64,000 bases of DNA, from NCBI RefSeq assembly GCF_006345805.1, contig NC_042998.1, forward strand, positions 6,262,001 to 6,326,000. Direction: 5' to 3'. A program made the translations under genes and the position numbers. Source of the DNA: Octopus sinensis (lineage: Eukaryota). A model generated the notes under the pieces. The model had not been told where the DNA came from. It saw nothing but the letters and a program-made list of their open reading frames with translations, and did no database searches. Shown piece by piece: positions 1 through 11,570 of this stretch (position 1 is the stretch's first letter; every line of letters begins with the position of its first letter).

Positions 1-290
1 CTGCTCTAGAGATTTTTGAAAAGAAACCCTTTTTGGTTACTTGTAGTCGCAATCATAATCTTTTGGTCATTACCCAATATCCATGTCCACATGTGAGGAC
101 AGGCATGGAAACTGAATAAGGAAGTTTGTCTATTTTACCAACCTCTTTTCTGAGGATTGAATGTTGGAGCTGATGTGTTAGTATGCCAGCGCTAGCAATC
201 TTAGCATCCAATTCGACCTCCTGCCTTCCAAGACTTAAGAATATGACACCAAGATACTGAAATTTCTGAATTGTCTCAAGAACCAATTAT
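1..290 (-). mobile_element. Decayed RTE-clade LINE, post-RT fragment
   Basis: ORF 53..286 reads QKFQYLGVIF..EVELDAKIASA..PVLTCGHGYW, matching RTE FKYLG..EI..RI..A..L.YG.E.W. Confidence 0.75.
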
Positions 291-318
291 AAAAATAGCA
301 AGAAACTGCAATGATATT

Positions 319-601
319 CTTGATGCTTGTAAGGTTTCGCCAGTTGTGCTATCTCATCTTGAGTGTAAAAAGACTGCAAAAATACCAAGAAAGCTAAATT
401 GTGTTCATTCGCTAGAATTTCAACAATTTCTTTTGAGGTTTGTTGTATTGCTTCTGTTGAGATTACAAGAGAAAAATTGCTGCCTGGTTACCAACTGGAT
501 TATTTTAGCTCCTCTTTGCTGCCTGCATCTCAAAACTCTTCTGTCTTTCTTTCTTTATCCTCTGTTATAAATTATCTTTTGCTTATTTTAGTAATTGGAC
601 T
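319..601. repeat. 283-bp segment with an inverted copy at 23293-23575
   Basis: Manual alignment to reverse complement of 23293-23575; about 4 substitutions. Confidence 0.95.
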
Positions 602-996
602 ATTAAGAATATAATTCAAAATTTTTGGCAAGTCAAAGATTTTTTGGTTTTTTTCATTGTTGAGCAGTAAAAATATGACCAACCATTTTTTAATGATGGC
701 AAATAAGTAAATTTAACTAAAATAGGATTTCTGTTTCGGTGACAATACTAATTCCCATTCCTGTGAAAACCAATAATTGAACAAGCAGTGGATCCAGATA
801 TGACAAAATGTCAGGTATCATCTTCTCCAAGTTTTTTGTTTCCCTAAACAGTAACCCACAACATAAGAGATGTAAAGCACTCAATAAAGCCAATTTTCAT
901 TTCTGTCATTGGAAAATAAGGGGTCAATAAAAAACATCAAGAAGATAATACTGAATTAGAAGTTGTTATATCAAAGATTATGATAACAATGATTAA

Positions 997-1216
997 CCCT
1001 TTCGTTACTGTATTTATTTTGAGAAGCTCTGTGTTTCTTTCAATTACTTTAAGTATAACAAAGAATTAGAAAAAATAACTCAGTTATCATTCAGCTAGTT
1101 TTAGGAACATAAGTTGTGACTAAGGTTTGGTGGAAGATTTTAATTCAAAACTTATGTAAACAAGACATTTGTACCCAGAGCCAGAGCCGGTTTCAGCTGG
1201 GTTGGTAATGAAAGGG
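997..1216. mobile_element. piggyBac-type MITE, family P1
   Basis: TIRs CCCTTTCGTTAC / GTAATGAAAGGG; TTAA at 993-996 and 1217-1220. Confidence 0.9.
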
Positions 1217-1389
1217 TTAAAGAAAGGACAATAATTAGCAAGCATTTAATTATGCAGATCAGACCTTTTCAAGGTTCAGTCACACTTATGATTTGCCATT
1301 CATGAATCCTGGTTTTAGATTTTAAAATACATGAAACCATAAACACATATTTCGAAACATTATTAGTTGAATTATTAATTGATTTAAAC

Positions 1390-2290
1390 TTTGATTAAAT
1401 TTTGATAAGATAGCATGGAATGAGATAGATAGCAGGTCTATGTTTACCAAGGAGTTAATTTCTTCTTTCTTAGCATTCTTCTATAATCTGATAATGGCCA
1501 GGTCCCAAAGTTCACAGATTTAAGACAATTTGCAAATAGTTTTTAATCAATGGATGATCACAAATACATGCAGCAAGTAAACATATCTTATATTTGCAAC
1601 CATAAACAAAGTCAGTCTATAATTGTTTCTAACGTACACATAAGGCCTGAAATTTGAATGGAAGGATTAGTCTAATTATATAAACTTCAGTACATGACTG
1701 GTCTTTTAAATTCATCAGCTCTGGAGGAATGGAAGGCGAAATTCACCTCGGCAGGATTTGAACTCGAGCCAAAACAAGTACCATAAGGTGATATTCCAAA
1801 TACTCTAACAAAATCTTGCCACTCCACTGCCCTGAGGTCGGGTGGTAATCGATAGATTAATACACAAGTGTATAAGAAATACTCCAGAGACACCAAAAAA
1901 AGTCTATTACTCTACCAGTGTTTGTAGCTTTAAGAACTCATAAACATAACTCCCATATATTACATGTAATTCAACTTGATAAAGTTTTAGCATTGTTATG
2001 ACCTCAACTGTTACTATTAATAAATGGTTTATACATGTTGGTTATGTAGGTTGTAAAAGTAGCAGTGCGTTTATGAGAATCTATGCTTAAAGCAACAAAA
2101 GTAAATACATTGATCATCATAGCAAATGGCAACACCTTAATATCATTAAATAGCAATAAATTCAAGTTGATATCACCATGAAGTAACAAAGAAACTCTTG
2201 AATTTATAAATAATAGAAGGGAAAAATGAATTCTATGACAGAAACAAATAAAAAGTTACGTAAACACCAACAATATCTGTAAAAGTTGAA
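1390..2290 (-). mobile_element. Highly decayed CR1/L2-like LINE endonuclease region, interrupted by an old SINE near 1640-1850
   Basis: In-frame IVGVY...LLHGDINLNLL, then CDHPLI and KKKLTPW, in the order of APE motifs GviYRpP, GDfN, SDH and linker kPW. Confidence 0.5.
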
Positions 2291-2950
2291 GACAGAAAAA
2301 ACTTATTTTCATTTAATGGATAATGAAAGCAACCAAAAGTGTCTTACTTCTTAAGATATTCCAAGAATATAAGATGCAGTGATTTAAATTGGTACTAACG
2401 TGAAAAGAAGAACAAAAAAGACAAGCACAGACTTGTTTTAATGTACAAATTATAATATGGAAATTATACCTACAATCAGAACATAACAGATTGTACAAGA
2501 TTAATGGTGATAAATACTATGGCAGTTAATAATGAAGAAAGAAGAAATAATGGGATACTTTTAATAGAGGATAAGTAAGATCACTGTAATATGTGATCAA
2601 GAAAGTTAAGGAAGAAAGCTGGGTAGAAAAGATATAAGTATCATATATAGAGAGGATAGATAGCAAGACTATGTTTACCGTGGAGTAAGTTTCTTCTTTG
2701 TTAGCATTCTTCCATAATCTGATAATGGTTGTCAAGCGATGGGATTCATATATGCATGCATGCATATATGTATATATTTATGCATGTATGTATGTGTATA
2801 TTTACATCACGTGATCACGTGACCAACCAGACCATCAGATGTTGTTACACATCGCTGGTCACAATGCGTTCGCATTGTTTTAGCCTTCGAATGACGCCAT
2901 CCCGCTGGCTAAGCGAGCAGGCCAAAAGAAGAAAGAGTGGTGAAAGAGTT

Positions 2951-3060
2951 GGCCCGAGGCTTTACTAGAAGACACATGCCCAAGATGCCATGCAGTGGGA
3001 CTGAACCTGGGACCGTGTGGTTGGTAAGCAAGCTACTTACCACACAGCCACTCCTGCACC
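2951..3060 (-). mobile_element. 5' part of tRNA-derived SINE family S1
   Basis: Reverse complement of S1 head GGAGTGGCTGTGTGGTAAGTAGCTTGC. Confidence 0.85.
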
Positions 3061-4062
3061 TATCATGATTATTTTTATAATATACTTTATCAATATTACT
3101 AGAAAATAAAACAGAGATTATGAATCTTTTATAAATGCATCAATGTCCTTTTTCTTTGTAATATTTTAAAAATCTCTACTGCAAAATCCTATTAAAAAAA
3201 ACAAAAACAACAGTAAACCAGAGAAGATAATAAAAAACTTAACCAACCCCAGAATTTTTAATATAAGAAACTTATATAATAAATATTTCAAAATATTTTT
3301 GTTGATAAGGTTCCTAGTAAACATGCTACAGTTTTTGTAGCCATAAACAGTGAGCTGTTATGAGCACAAGACCATTAATTTCTCATATTTTATAAGGATC
3401 CCAAGCTACTACCATCTAGTCTGACAAGAAGTTAAGTTCCCCATATTAGCTCATGCAGAAAATTGTCTTTTAATATCATAGTTTTCCAGTAGGGGTTATG
3501 AAAGAAAACAGAAGGGAAAAACAGAAAGGAAAAAAAAAAACAGACATTTATAAGGGTTCTAATCTGAAGGAAGAAGAAAAAAGAGGATATAAGGAGCGAA
3601 TGAAAAAAAAAAAAGAAAACTAGAATAACAACTAAAACCTTCTGTACTGAAGAGAATGGCCAGTGAAGGTTCTGAGTGCAACCCCTTTCTCGACCCCTTT
3701 TTCCTGGCTAAGCAACAAAAGAAACACATGACAGAAAAGATATAAAATATGACACCACAAACGCTTTTAGTCAGTTTTAATCTACATTTTTCATTTTGAT
3801 ATTTCTATAGAAATAAAGCAGTTGGGCCGGCCATTTTGTATTCAATGCAATTTCCAATTTTCTGAAAAATGCTTGTAGTATTGCAGAAACAGCCAATGGA
3901 TTCAAATATTCATACGCAGCACAGAACCATTGTTTGAAAACACTTTCTCTCTCTATACTAACATATTTTTGAAGTTCAAATTTCTGCTGGAATGGCTTTT
4001 TAGAAAAGGTGCACAGGTAACAGGAAAAAGAAAGAATAAAATAAAGTAAAATATATAAATAT

Positions 4063-4230
4063 GCAGGAGTGGCTGTGTGGTAAGTAGCTTGCTAACCAAC
4101 CACATGGTTCCGGGTTCAGTCCCACTGCGTGGCATCTTGGGCAAGTGTCTTCTGCTATATCTCCAGGCCAAGCAATGCCTTGTGAGTGGATTTGGTAGAC
4201 GGAAACTGAAAGGAGCCTGTCGTATATATG

Positions 4231-4263
<33 letters not shown>

Positions 4264-4481
4264 GCTTGTGTCTCTGTGTTTGTCCCCCTGGCATTGCTTG
4301 GCAGCCGGTGTGTTTGCATCCCCGTCACTTAGCGGTTCGGCAAAATAGACTGGTAGAATAAGTGCTGGGCTTACAAAAAGAATAAGTCCCGGGGTCGAGT
4401 TGCTCGACTAAAAGGCGGTGCTCCAGCATGGTCGCAGTCAAATGACTGAAACAAGTAAAAGAGAGTAAAAGAAAAAAAAGA
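4063..4481 (+). mobile_element. tRNA-derived SINE S1, near full length
   Basis: A-box-like TGGCTGTGTGG, B-box-like GGTTCAGTCCC, internal (TA/TG)n, tail GAAACAAGTAAAAGAG; more than 15 copies in window. Confidence 0.9.
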
Positions 4482-5463
4482 GAGCATAGAACCATTGTTT
4501 GAAAACACTTTCTCTCTCTATACTAACATATTTTTGAAGTCCAAATTTCTGCTTTTTAGAAAAGGTGCACAGGTAACAAGGAAAAAAAAATAAAATATAT
4601 AAATACACAATTTGGAAAATTTTCAGATTTCATACCCAACAAATCCTACTGAACAATGTAGTTTATACCACAGAATGGTAAAAGAATGATTCTGAAAATC
4701 CCCTGCCCCAAGTGCTTTATTTGAATGAAAATAATCTGAAAAATGTAGAAGTTGTGATCACTGACATTAAAAGAGATTTGGTAATGAGCCGTTTAACAGT
4801 TTGTCACCAACATGCAATGGAAAGTAGTACACATGATGCAATTAGTTTTTTTTTGTTTTGTTTTTCTTTGACGTGATCTCCACCCCCGCCCCACCCACAC
4901 ACACTTCCACTAATTTCTATCTCACTTGTGTTATTATCTAATCAAACAGTCTATAGTCACACATTTCATTTCTTAAGACACGCTTTGAATGAAACTGAAA
5001 GAAGCCCAGCATGTGTGTGTGTGAGGTGAGAGTGTGAGCATGTTTGTGAATCCTTGTGTTGACATTATGTGATTGTTTGGAAATCGATGACTTCCTTTCC
5101 AATATTCTGTTAGAATACGTCTGACAGTGTAGAAACAAATAAAAGTTGGTAACAGCAAAAGCACCCAAGCACAGAAAATCTGCCTCAAATAAACTTCATC
5201 TGACCCATTCAAACACAGAAAAGTTGGCATTAAAATGATATCTCAACAGCTAGTTCCACTGCACACCTACAACACAAGGATTTTTGCTTTTTACTGTAAA
5301 CCAGGACATATTATTAACAAACAGGCAATTCAACGAACTTAGATGTGTGCTGGACAATAATAGGGATTAAGTTTGTACAATGCTTGCTGTCTCATCGTTT
5401 TGAAGGTCTTCAATTTTATCGTCATTTTTGACAGAGTTCATAATTTTTTTTCTTCCAAGTGTA

Positions 5464-5855
5464 GGCACAGGAGTGGCTGTGTGGTAAGTAGCTTGCTTAC
5501 CAGCCACATGGTTCCGGGTTCGTTCCCACTGCACGGCACCTTGGGCAAGTGTCTTCTGCTATAGCTTCAGGCCGACCAAAGCCTTGTGAGTGGATTTGGT
5601 AGATGGAAACTGAAAGAAGCCTGTCGTATATATGTATATGTATGTGTGTGCATCTGTGTTTGTCCCCCCAACATTGCTTGACAACCGATGCTGGTGTGTT
5701 TACGTCCCTGTAACTTAGCAGTTTGGCAAAAGAGACCGATAGAATAAGTACTAAGCTTACAAAGAATAATTTCTGGGGTGGATTTGCTTGACTAAAGGTG
5801 GTGCTCCAGCATGGCCACAGTCAAATGACTGAAACAATTAAAAGAGTAAAAGAGT
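5464..5855 (+). mobile_element. SINE S1 with 7-bp TSD
   Basis: S1 consensus; AAGTGTA at 5457-5463 and 5856-5862. Confidence 0.9.
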
Positions 5856-5949
5856 AAGTGTATGGTGGGTATTGACTAAATGAGTATGGATACAAATACA
5901 AGGGGTTGGAGTGGGGTACCTCCAGCATGCATCTGGGGTAATGTTATTC

Positions 5950-6245
5950 AACAGGGTGCCTCTCCAGCTTAGAGAAATTTCAGTACTGCAGACATTTGAT
6001 TAGAACATCGCAGACAGAATCACTAGACAGATAATTCAAGCCAAGCCAACTAGTGGGAGACTGAAGAGTAGAGCAAGAATGAGGTGGTTGAACGATATCC
6101 ATAATTTCAGTTGGTTGCACTTGGGAATCAAGCCAGAATGTGTAAAGGCTGTTGCGTCTGACAGCACGCTATACAGGTGCCTGAAGACTTTCCTCCCATG
6201 ACTCTCCCAGGAATAGTGGATGGAGAAGCTGAATGGATGCATGGA
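5950..6245 (+). mobile_element. Decayed RTE LINE 3' end
   Basis: Translates to RQIIQAKPTSGRLKSRARMRWLNDI (RTE GkR.rGRpr.rW.d); ends in ATGG-type tail. Confidence 0.6.
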
Positions 6246-6284
6246 TTTTAAAAGAGAATATTATATATGAACCAGTAAAATACA

Positions 6285-6662
6285 TCTTTATATATAAAAG
6301 TGAAGTTGTGTGCCTGTCTCCTACGATTTAGATTGCGGTGCAGTTTAACCAAAACCGGGTATCTTATAGTCGTGATTCATATCGAGCCCATCTGGGTATT
6401 AGCATGCATCTACGATGAGTCTATGATTTAAAAAAAAATTTACCATCATTTTTTTCCATTTTAATGCATTTTTTCGCTATTATATAAGGGAAGTAACTCT
6501 CTAAAAATGTCTACGATGAGTCAACGATTTAAAAAAAAATTTACCATCATTTATTTTCCATTTTTAATGCATTTTTTTGCTATTTTTTGGCAATAACTCT
6601 CTAAAAATGCTTATATAGTTATTTCCCTTACAAACCCGAGCGACGCCGGGCGATACTGCTAG
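6285..6662 (+). mobile_element. Non-autonomous Helitron, copy 1
   Basis: 5' TC after host A, 3' hairpin CCCG-AGCGACGC-CGGG (6635-6650), terminal CTAG then host T; no TSD. Confidence 0.85.
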
Positions 6663-7685
6663 TTATTTATACTTTTGTAATGCATTGCTAAGGAGGAAAA
6701 AGAAAAATTAAGAGTAGAAGGTAACTATGCTTATATGAATCTGAAGTATTGCTTAATAGCCAGGGAATCATTCACCATAAGAAGCCAAGTATGCAAATAC
6801 ATCTACACACAAAACTAAATATACACACATCATAACAAAAGCCAGCACGTATGTATACATACACGCTTGCATAAATTGAGTTTTGATTGCCATGCTCATG
6901 TGAAAGGTTAAAGTATTTCTCAGAAGGTTGAAAGATGTGTTGTAACAGACAGACAAGTAGTATTGATGCGGTGACCTTACACTTCAACTAAGAAAAACAG
7001 AATATAAATAAAATATCTGATTTAAGCCAGGAATGTAACTATGATGCCCTTCACTCATTCTAGCCATTTAATATTACAACTAAAATGTTGGCTGTATACA
7101 TCAAGCAAGAACACATTTAGGAAAAAAAAAAGTTAGATAAAATAAACTGAGAATAAATGGCAGGAAGAAGAAATATTTATGAAAATCAATAAATAATCAC
7201 TATATGAAATCTTAAAAATTCATAAATTCACTGATGTTATGAAATTTCATTTGCATTTAATGGTAACATATATATTTAATTTTTGCCAAAACATAAACTC
7301 TTTAACATTATTCCTTCCATGCTAGCGTGGAAAAGTCGATGTTGAATTATCAATGCCGATACATACATACGTACATACATGCACACACTCACATTCAAAC
7401 ATGTGTGTGTGTGTGTGTGTATCTGGCTTGTATGTAGGTGTGTACAAAGAGATGCATGTCTGTATATCATACCATCAGCAACAGTAATTCAACATTGACT
7501 TCACATTTGCATGGGTTGGACAAAGATTATTGGGCCAGATTTTCTAGGGCTAGGGGCTGTTCTAATAATCAATATATATATATGTATAATTTAAAGGGTG
7601 AAAACTTGAATATTAATTTGATTAATATCAATTTAAAACCAGTGGTCTAGCATATAGAAAAATAGATAGATAGATAGATATTTTA

Positions 7686-7843
7686 AGATAATGATAGTTA
7701 TGGCCAGTGCATGGGGTTTCTTTTTAAATACCCAGGTTTCATGTCCATGAATTGCTTAGCTTTACAGCTAAGAGCTTTATGGATATGAAACCCAGAGTAT
7801 TTAAAAAGAAAACCTCATAGACTGGCCACAACTGTCATTATCT
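7686..7843. repeat. Imperfect foldback, MITE-like
   Basis: Arms 7686-7761 and 7766-7843 are reverse complements with a 4-nt loop. Confidence 0.85.
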
Positions 7844-7905
7844 AAATACTCTACTGCTCTGTAACTTAGAGTCTGCTTCTCTTTCAAATTTACGATTTAC
7901 TATAT

Positions 7906-8458
7906 GGCACGTAAAAAGCACCATCCGTTCGTGGCCGTTGAACCATCCGAAAGTGGCCGTTGCCAGCGCTGCCCCGAGTGGCCTACATGCTGGTGGCACG
8001 TAAAAAGCACCGTCCGTTCATGGCAGTTGCCAGCGCTGCCCCGACTGACCTCGTACCGGTGGCACGTAAAAAGCACCATCCGATTGTGGCCGTTGAACCA
8101 TCCGAAAGTGGCCGTTGCCAGCGCTGCCCCGAGTGGCCTACATGCTGGTGGCACGTAAAAAGCACCGTCCGTTCTTGGCAGTTGCCAGCGCTGCCCCGAC
8201 TGACCTCGTACCGGTGACACGTAAAAAGCACCATCCGATTGTGGCCGTTTGCCAGCCTTGTCTGGCACCTGTGCTGGTGGCACATAAAAAGCACCCACTA
8301 CACTCACGGAGTGGTTGGCGTTAGGAAGGGCATCCAGCTGTAGAAACACTGCCAGATCAGACTGGGCCTGGTGCAGCCTTCTGGCTTCCCAGACCTCAGT
8401 TGAACCATCCAACCCATGCTAGCATGGAAAGCGGACGCTAAACAATGATGATGATGAT
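7906..8458 (+). mobile_element. SINE family S3 (RTE-like 3' tail ending (GAT)n) with internal tandem array
   Basis: Tail GGTTGGCGTTAGGAAGGGCATCCAG...CATGCTAGCATGGAAAGCGGACG..(GAT)n; units begin GGCACGTAAAAAGCACC. Confidence 0.85.
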
Positions 8459-8627
8459 ACATGCACATAAGTTTCCATTCAAATTAATTGGTCAGAACTG
8501 GCCAAGACAACAATGCCACTGCCACCCCACCTCAACCACACATAACTGCTCAATCCTGCATATAAAATCCTCTGTTTCAGTCATTCATTTCTAAGAATTC
8601 TCCATAAAATTATTAGATGCTGCTTAA

Positions 8628-8836
8628 CTCTTTACCATTCATACTCACCATATCCATACTTGTTTTATGTTCAAACTGGCCAAATCCAGCCTCTCACACC
8701 TATCCTACAATGTTATTGCAAGAATAAGTAATTCCATCATCATCATCTCAAAGCCATGAGGTCATGCATGATGAATTCAAAACAATGTGAATAGATAAGT
8801 ATTACATCTTGACAAAGTAATCTGAATGTGACATGG
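8628..8836. mobile_element. TTAA-flanked MITE, family P2 (older copy)
   Basis: TTAA on both sides; internal similarity to 58636-58856. Confidence 0.65.
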
Positions 8837-8907
8837 TTAAATTTTCAAGTTTCCTAAGTACTAATATGATTCTTATTCACTTTCTCCATATATGAAAATA
8901 TAGGGAT

Positions 8908-9279
8908 CTCTTTTACCCTTTTACTTGTTTCAGTCATTTGACTGTAGCCATACTGGAGTATCGCCTTTAGTCAAGGAAATCGACCCCAGGATTTATTCTT
9001 TGTAAGCCTAGTACTTATTCTATCAGTCTCTTTTGCCAGACCACTAAGTTACGGGGACATAAACACACCAGCATCGGTTGTCAAATGATCTTGGGGAGAC
9101 AAACACAGACACACAAACATATACATATATATACATATACATATATATATGATGGGCTTCCTTCAGTTTCCGTCTACCAAATCCACTCACAAGGCTTTGG
9201 TTGGCCTGAGGCTATAATAGAAGACACTTGCCCAAGGTGCCACACAGCGGGACTGAACCGGGAACCATGTGGTTGGTAA
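8908..9279 (-). mobile_element. SINE S1, 5'-truncated
   Basis: Reverse complement of S1 consensus. Confidence 0.9.
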
Positions 9280-9525
9280 CAATCAATCAATGAGAAAACT
9301 TAATTCGATTGTTAAAAATAAAAATTATAAAACAAAAGCTGCCAAATATTCCTCAAATAAAATGCTTCATCTCCAAAGTAGAGAAGAGCACACTGGATAA
9401 AGTCATCGTAGACACACACTGCCATGCCAAAGCAAAACACTGAATGGTTATGCTTTGAATGCCTTTGAATATTCCAAATCCAAACTAAAGATAAATAACA
9501 GCCACGTTGTCGTCAAAAGCTTTAA

Positions 9526-9742
9526 ACCTTAACATCTAGACCAGCCAAATCCAGGCCAAATATGCCATCTGCTTAATCTTTAGCCAGTTAGATCCAGTCT
9601 ATCACATCCACCCTTCTCTGCTATTATAAAATTTGCAATTACATCATCGCCATTTTGAACCTGCAAAATAATGCATGATTAATTAGAAACGATGTGAATG
9701 AAAAAGCATTGCATTTGACAGAATAATCTGACTACTAAAGGA
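9526..9742. mobile_element. MITE family P2 (diverged)
   Basis: TTAA flanks; similarity to 58636-58856. Confidence 0.55.
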
Positions 9743-9838
9743 TTAATATCCACAGTTGCTAGCAAAGTTCAAAAAGAATACATGACTTTCTTTAAGCCAG
9801 ATGGAGGCAAAATAGCTGATCAAAGAATTCAATAGATA

Positions 9839-10224
9839 TCTTTATATATAAAAGGTTGTGTGTCTGTCTCCTACGATTTAGATTCCTAACTGCTCCCACA
9901 TTTTGCGGTGCAGTTTAACCAACGACTATCTTATAGTCGTGATTCATATCGAGCCCTTCTGGGTATTAGCGCGCATCTACGATGAGTCTACGATTTAAAA
10001 AAAATTTACCATCAATTTTTCCCATTTTTAATGCATTTTTGGCATATATAAGGGAAGTAACTCTCTAAAAATTTATTATTAAATCTCAGAACGTAAAAAG
10101 CTACAGTAACCCCCCCCCCTTTGTGTTTAGCCATATTAAGATGGCTATTATACTTTACATCGCTAAAAATGCTTATATAGTTATTTCCCTTACAAACCCG
10201 AGCAACGCCGGGCGATACTGCTAG
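9839..10224 (+). mobile_element. Non-autonomous Helitron, copy 2
   Basis: A|TC start, hairpin CCCGAGCAACGCCGGG, CTAG|T end; homologous to 6285-6662. Confidence 0.85.
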
Positions 10225-10299
10225 TTGTCAAATAAACAGAGACCTTTTTACATAATACACACACAAACGTATTCTCATGGAGGCAATGACAAGTGGCTA

Positions 10300-10652
10300 C
10301 ACCATTTGGTGATTTACTGTGCTTGAGAAGACTCGTCAAGCCGAGTGACATCATAGTCATGGACAGTGCTGGTGATGAGCAAGAGGCACTCATGCTGGTG
10401 ACCCATAAGAGGCACTCAGGCTGATGACATGTAGAAGGCACCTGTGCCAGTGACACATAAAGAATACACATGCTAATGACATGTAAAAAGCAGTCACTGT
10501 ACTCTTGGAGTGGTTGGCATTAGGAAGGGCAACCAGCTGTGGACACCAAACCAAATCAGACTGGAGTTTAGTACAGCTCTCCGGCTTACCAGTTCCAGTG
10601 AAACCATCTATTCCATGCCAGCATGGAAAATGGACACAGGATGATGATGAAG
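10300..10652 (+). mobile_element. Older SINE S3 copy
   Basis: Diverged S3 tail and (GAT)n end. Confidence 0.65.
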
Positions 10653-10839
10653 AAGATATATATATGTGTGTATATATATATATATATGTATGTCACTTCA
10701 TGTTAAACAGGTGAGAAAGATGTGTTCAGAAGATGTTGTAGACGACATAGTTTTTATCAAAACTGAAACTCCAGTCACAAAACAATCCCTCTGCTTCAGT
10801 TTTAATAAATATCAATATACAAATGTATGTATCGATGTA

Positions 10840-10872
<33 letters not shown>

Positions 10873-10996
10873 TATATATATATATATATATTATTACAAA
10901 TTTGGGATTATATATATCTTTATATATATATATATATATATATATACAAGCATGTATATCTATCTATCTATCTATCTATATATATATATATATTAG

Positions 10997-11224
10997 GGCG
11001 GCGAGCTGGCAGAAACGTTAGCACGCCGGGCGAAATGCTTAGCCGTATTTCGTCTGCCGTTAAGTGTTCTGGGTTCAAAATCCGCCGAGGTCGACTTTGC
11101 CTTTCATCCTTTCGGGGTCGATAAATTAAGTACCAGTTACGCACTGGGGTCGATGTAATCGACTTAATCCCTTTGTCTGTCCTTGTTCGTCCCTTCTATG
11201 TTTAGCCCCTTGTGGGCAGTAAAG

Positions 11225-11228
<4 letters not shown>
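10997..11228 (+). mobile_element. tRNA-derived SINE family S2
   Basis: Head GGCGGCGAGCTGGCAGAAACGTTAGC, B-box-like GTTCAAA, body GCCTTTCATCCTTTCGGGGTCGATAAATTAAGTACCAG; inserted between (TA)n tracts. Confidence 0.9.
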
Positions 11229-11293
<65 letters not shown>

Positions 11294-11531
11294 TATATAC
11301 ATATACAGTTGCTATTTGTCATGAAAATATAAATAACTTGAAATGAAGTGGTGATGTGTATATATATGCATGTGTGTGTGTGTGTGTGTGTACACAGCTG
11401 TGTGTATATGTGTGTGTGTATATCTGCATGTATGTGAGTGTATGTATGTATGAATGTATGTATGTATATATATAAAATAATCCCTTCTACTGTAGACATC
11501 ATCATATATATATATATACACACACATCATC

Positions 11532-11564
<33 letters not shown>

Positions 11565-11570
11565 TCACCA
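11229..11570. repeat. Compound (TA)n/(TG)n/(CA)n microsatellite
   Basis: Direct inspection. Confidence 0.95.

Noticed and set aside
271-614. 99-aa and 71-aa ORFs conserved in both copies of the inverted duplication
   Set aside because: The copies are ~99% identical, so ORF retention is uninformative; no recognisable domain.
4063-4140. tRNA-like sequences at SINE heads
   Set aside because: They have A/B boxes but no complete cloverleaf and continue into multicopy SINE bodies.
3953-4361. ORFs overlapping S1, S2 or S3 copies (also 19968-20461, 25259-25517, 31622-31873, 52857-53391, 53787-54289)
   Set aside because: The same peptides recur at each SINE copy; they are translation artefacts.
7906-8290. 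Repeat-spacer-like array resembling CRISPR (also 13314-13520 and 53900-54190)
   Set aside because: The spacers are homologous to each other, the array lies inside a eukaryotic SINE, and there are no cas genes.
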